From the NCBI GenBank assembly GCA_046262595.1, contig JBHEMM010000010.1, positions 41,586 to 52,765 of the forward strand: a stretch of 11,180 nucleotides of DNA, read 5' to 3'. The notes below the pieces were generated by a model. The model was not told the origin of the DNA. It was given only the letters and a program-made list of their open reading frames with translations, and ran no database searches. Below are positions 10,286 through 11,180 of this stretch, in pieces. Numbering within the stretch: position 1 is the first letter of the stretch; each line of letters starts with the position of its first letter. The DNA is from Vulcanimicrobiaceae bacterium (GTDB lineage Bacteria; Vulcanimicrobiota; Vulcanimicrobiia; Vulcanimicrobiales; Vulcanimicrobiaceae). The translations under genes were made by a program, and so were the position numbers.

Positions 10286-10537
10286 ATGGCAACTCGCATC
10301 AACGGCGCGCAGCGCGCAAGCGTATCGCGGATCGGCACGTCCGCCAACGCGGTCAAATTCTCCGTGAACATCTCCGGCGAGATCGGAAACGATCTCAAAC
10401 GCGTCGCGTTCGATAACCGGGTGAGCGAAAGTTCGGTCATCGAGATTGCGCTGCGCCAGCTGTTCGGGCGCGTTTCGAAAGAACGGCTCGGTGTCTTTTT
10501 ACGGCAGAATGGCGCCTGCTTGAGGAGGCGCTCCTAG
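10286..10537 (+). CDS. Small ribbon-helix-helix (CopG/Arc/MetJ-like) DNA-binding protein, putative (83 aa)
   Basis: Alternating strand VKFSVNI, helix SGEIGNDLKRVAFDN, turn RVS, helix ESSVIEIALRQLF, then a basic C-terminal extension. Confidence 0.7.
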   Translation: MATRINGAQRASVSRIGTSANAVKFSVNISGEIGNDLKRVAFDNRVSESSVIEIALRQLFGRVSKERLGVFLRQNGACLRRRS

Positions 10538-10549
10538 CTTTCCGCTAGG
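10533..10549 (+). other. Short hairpin over the stop codon of the RHH-like gene
   Basis: CCTAGC-TTTCC-GCTAGG; no U-tract, so a terminator role is uncertain. Confidence 0.3.
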
Positions 10550-10560
10550 CGCATACCTGC

Positions 10561-11180
10561 TTGGGCGCGCGTAGCGCACTGCGTTCTGCCTCGCACCCAT
10601 GGCTTGCGGGCGCGCTTCCGCGTTGCGTTCTCACGCCGGACTCTATCGTGGAAAACGTCGCGTTCACCGCTGCCGCGGGCGCGAACCGGGCGCGTCTCAT
10701 CCAATGGGGCCGCACGCCGGCCGGGGCCGCGCCGTTTTTTGACGCGGGGCAGTTCCGCTACATCGCTGCTCCGCTGCCGCTTAAAGGCGGCCGCGCCGTG
10801 CTGCTTGCCGGCGTCCCGCTCGAACGTGCGCCGGACCCGCGCATGCGCGCGCTGCCGGGCCTCTTCCGCTTTAGCGGTACGCTGGGGCCGAACGCCTCTA
10901 ACCTGCACCGCTTTATCGATCGGCTCGTCGCGGCGGACCCGGCATTATTCCGGAATGCATGGCTGCTTGCATCCCACGGCGGCAGGCCGTTCGTACCGCT
11001 GCACGACGTTCGCGGCGACGATGCCGACTCGCGTTCGTGGCTGCGCTGGCCGTTCGAGCGTCTCTTCGACAAACGGCGCGCCGCGCTCATCGGCGATGAG
11101 TCTGCCGGCGCTCAGGCGCTCGCGGTTCCGTTTTTCGTGCCGCCCGGCGAGCGTTATGTCGTCCTCGCGCCGCTGCGGAC
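10561..11180 (+). CDS. Hypothetical protein, 3' end outside the window (absent from the ORF track)
   Basis: The frame is open from 10549 to the window end (..VENVAFTAAAGANRARLIQWGRTPAGAAPFFDAGQFRYIAAPLPLKGGRAVLLAGVP..SWLRWPFERLFDKRR..) with high GC3. Start is TTG 10561 or GTG 10648. No family recognised. Confidence 0.6.
   Translation, partial: MGARSALRSASHPWLAGALPRCVLTPDSIVENVAFTAAAGANRARLIQWGRTPAGAAPFFDAGQFRYIAAPLPLKGGRAVLLAGVPLERAPDPRMRALPGLFRFSGTLGPNASNLHRFIDRLVAADPALFRNAWLLASHGGRPFVPLHDVRGDDADSRSWLRWPFERLFDKRRAALIGDESAGAQALAVPFFVPPGERYVVLAPLR

Noticed and set aside
8998..10440. ORFs 9198..10106 (+), 8998..9729 (-) and 9754..10440 (-)
   Set aside because: They overlap the GNAT, tdk and RHH-like genes in other frames and show no protein-like motifs.

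Overview
GC-rich bacterial chromosomal segment with a Terrabacteria-type RpoB; a soil lineage such as Ca. Eremiobacterota/Vulcanimicrobiota is a guess, not established here. Left: the 3' end of a [NiFe]-hydrogenase maturation operon (5'-truncated tandem SIS/GmhA-like protein, glutaredoxin-like protein, hypF). Middle: a degenerate RsbW/HATPase-like ORF, a DUF2231 membrane protein and a probably leaderless 54-aa membrane peptide. Centre: a complete rpoB standing alone, with no rplL upstream and no rpoC downstream. It has its own near-consensus sigma70 promoter, a structured ~135-nt leader with an attenuator-like hairpin, a basic N-terminal extension, a ~150-aa acidic C-terminal tail and its own terminator. 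Right: a GNAT acetyltransferase, a convergent 32-aa membrane peptide, thymidine kinase (tdk), a small ribbon-helix-helix-like protein with repeats in its promoter, and a hypothetical ORF running off the edge. No rRNA, tRNA, CRISPR array or mobile element was seen.
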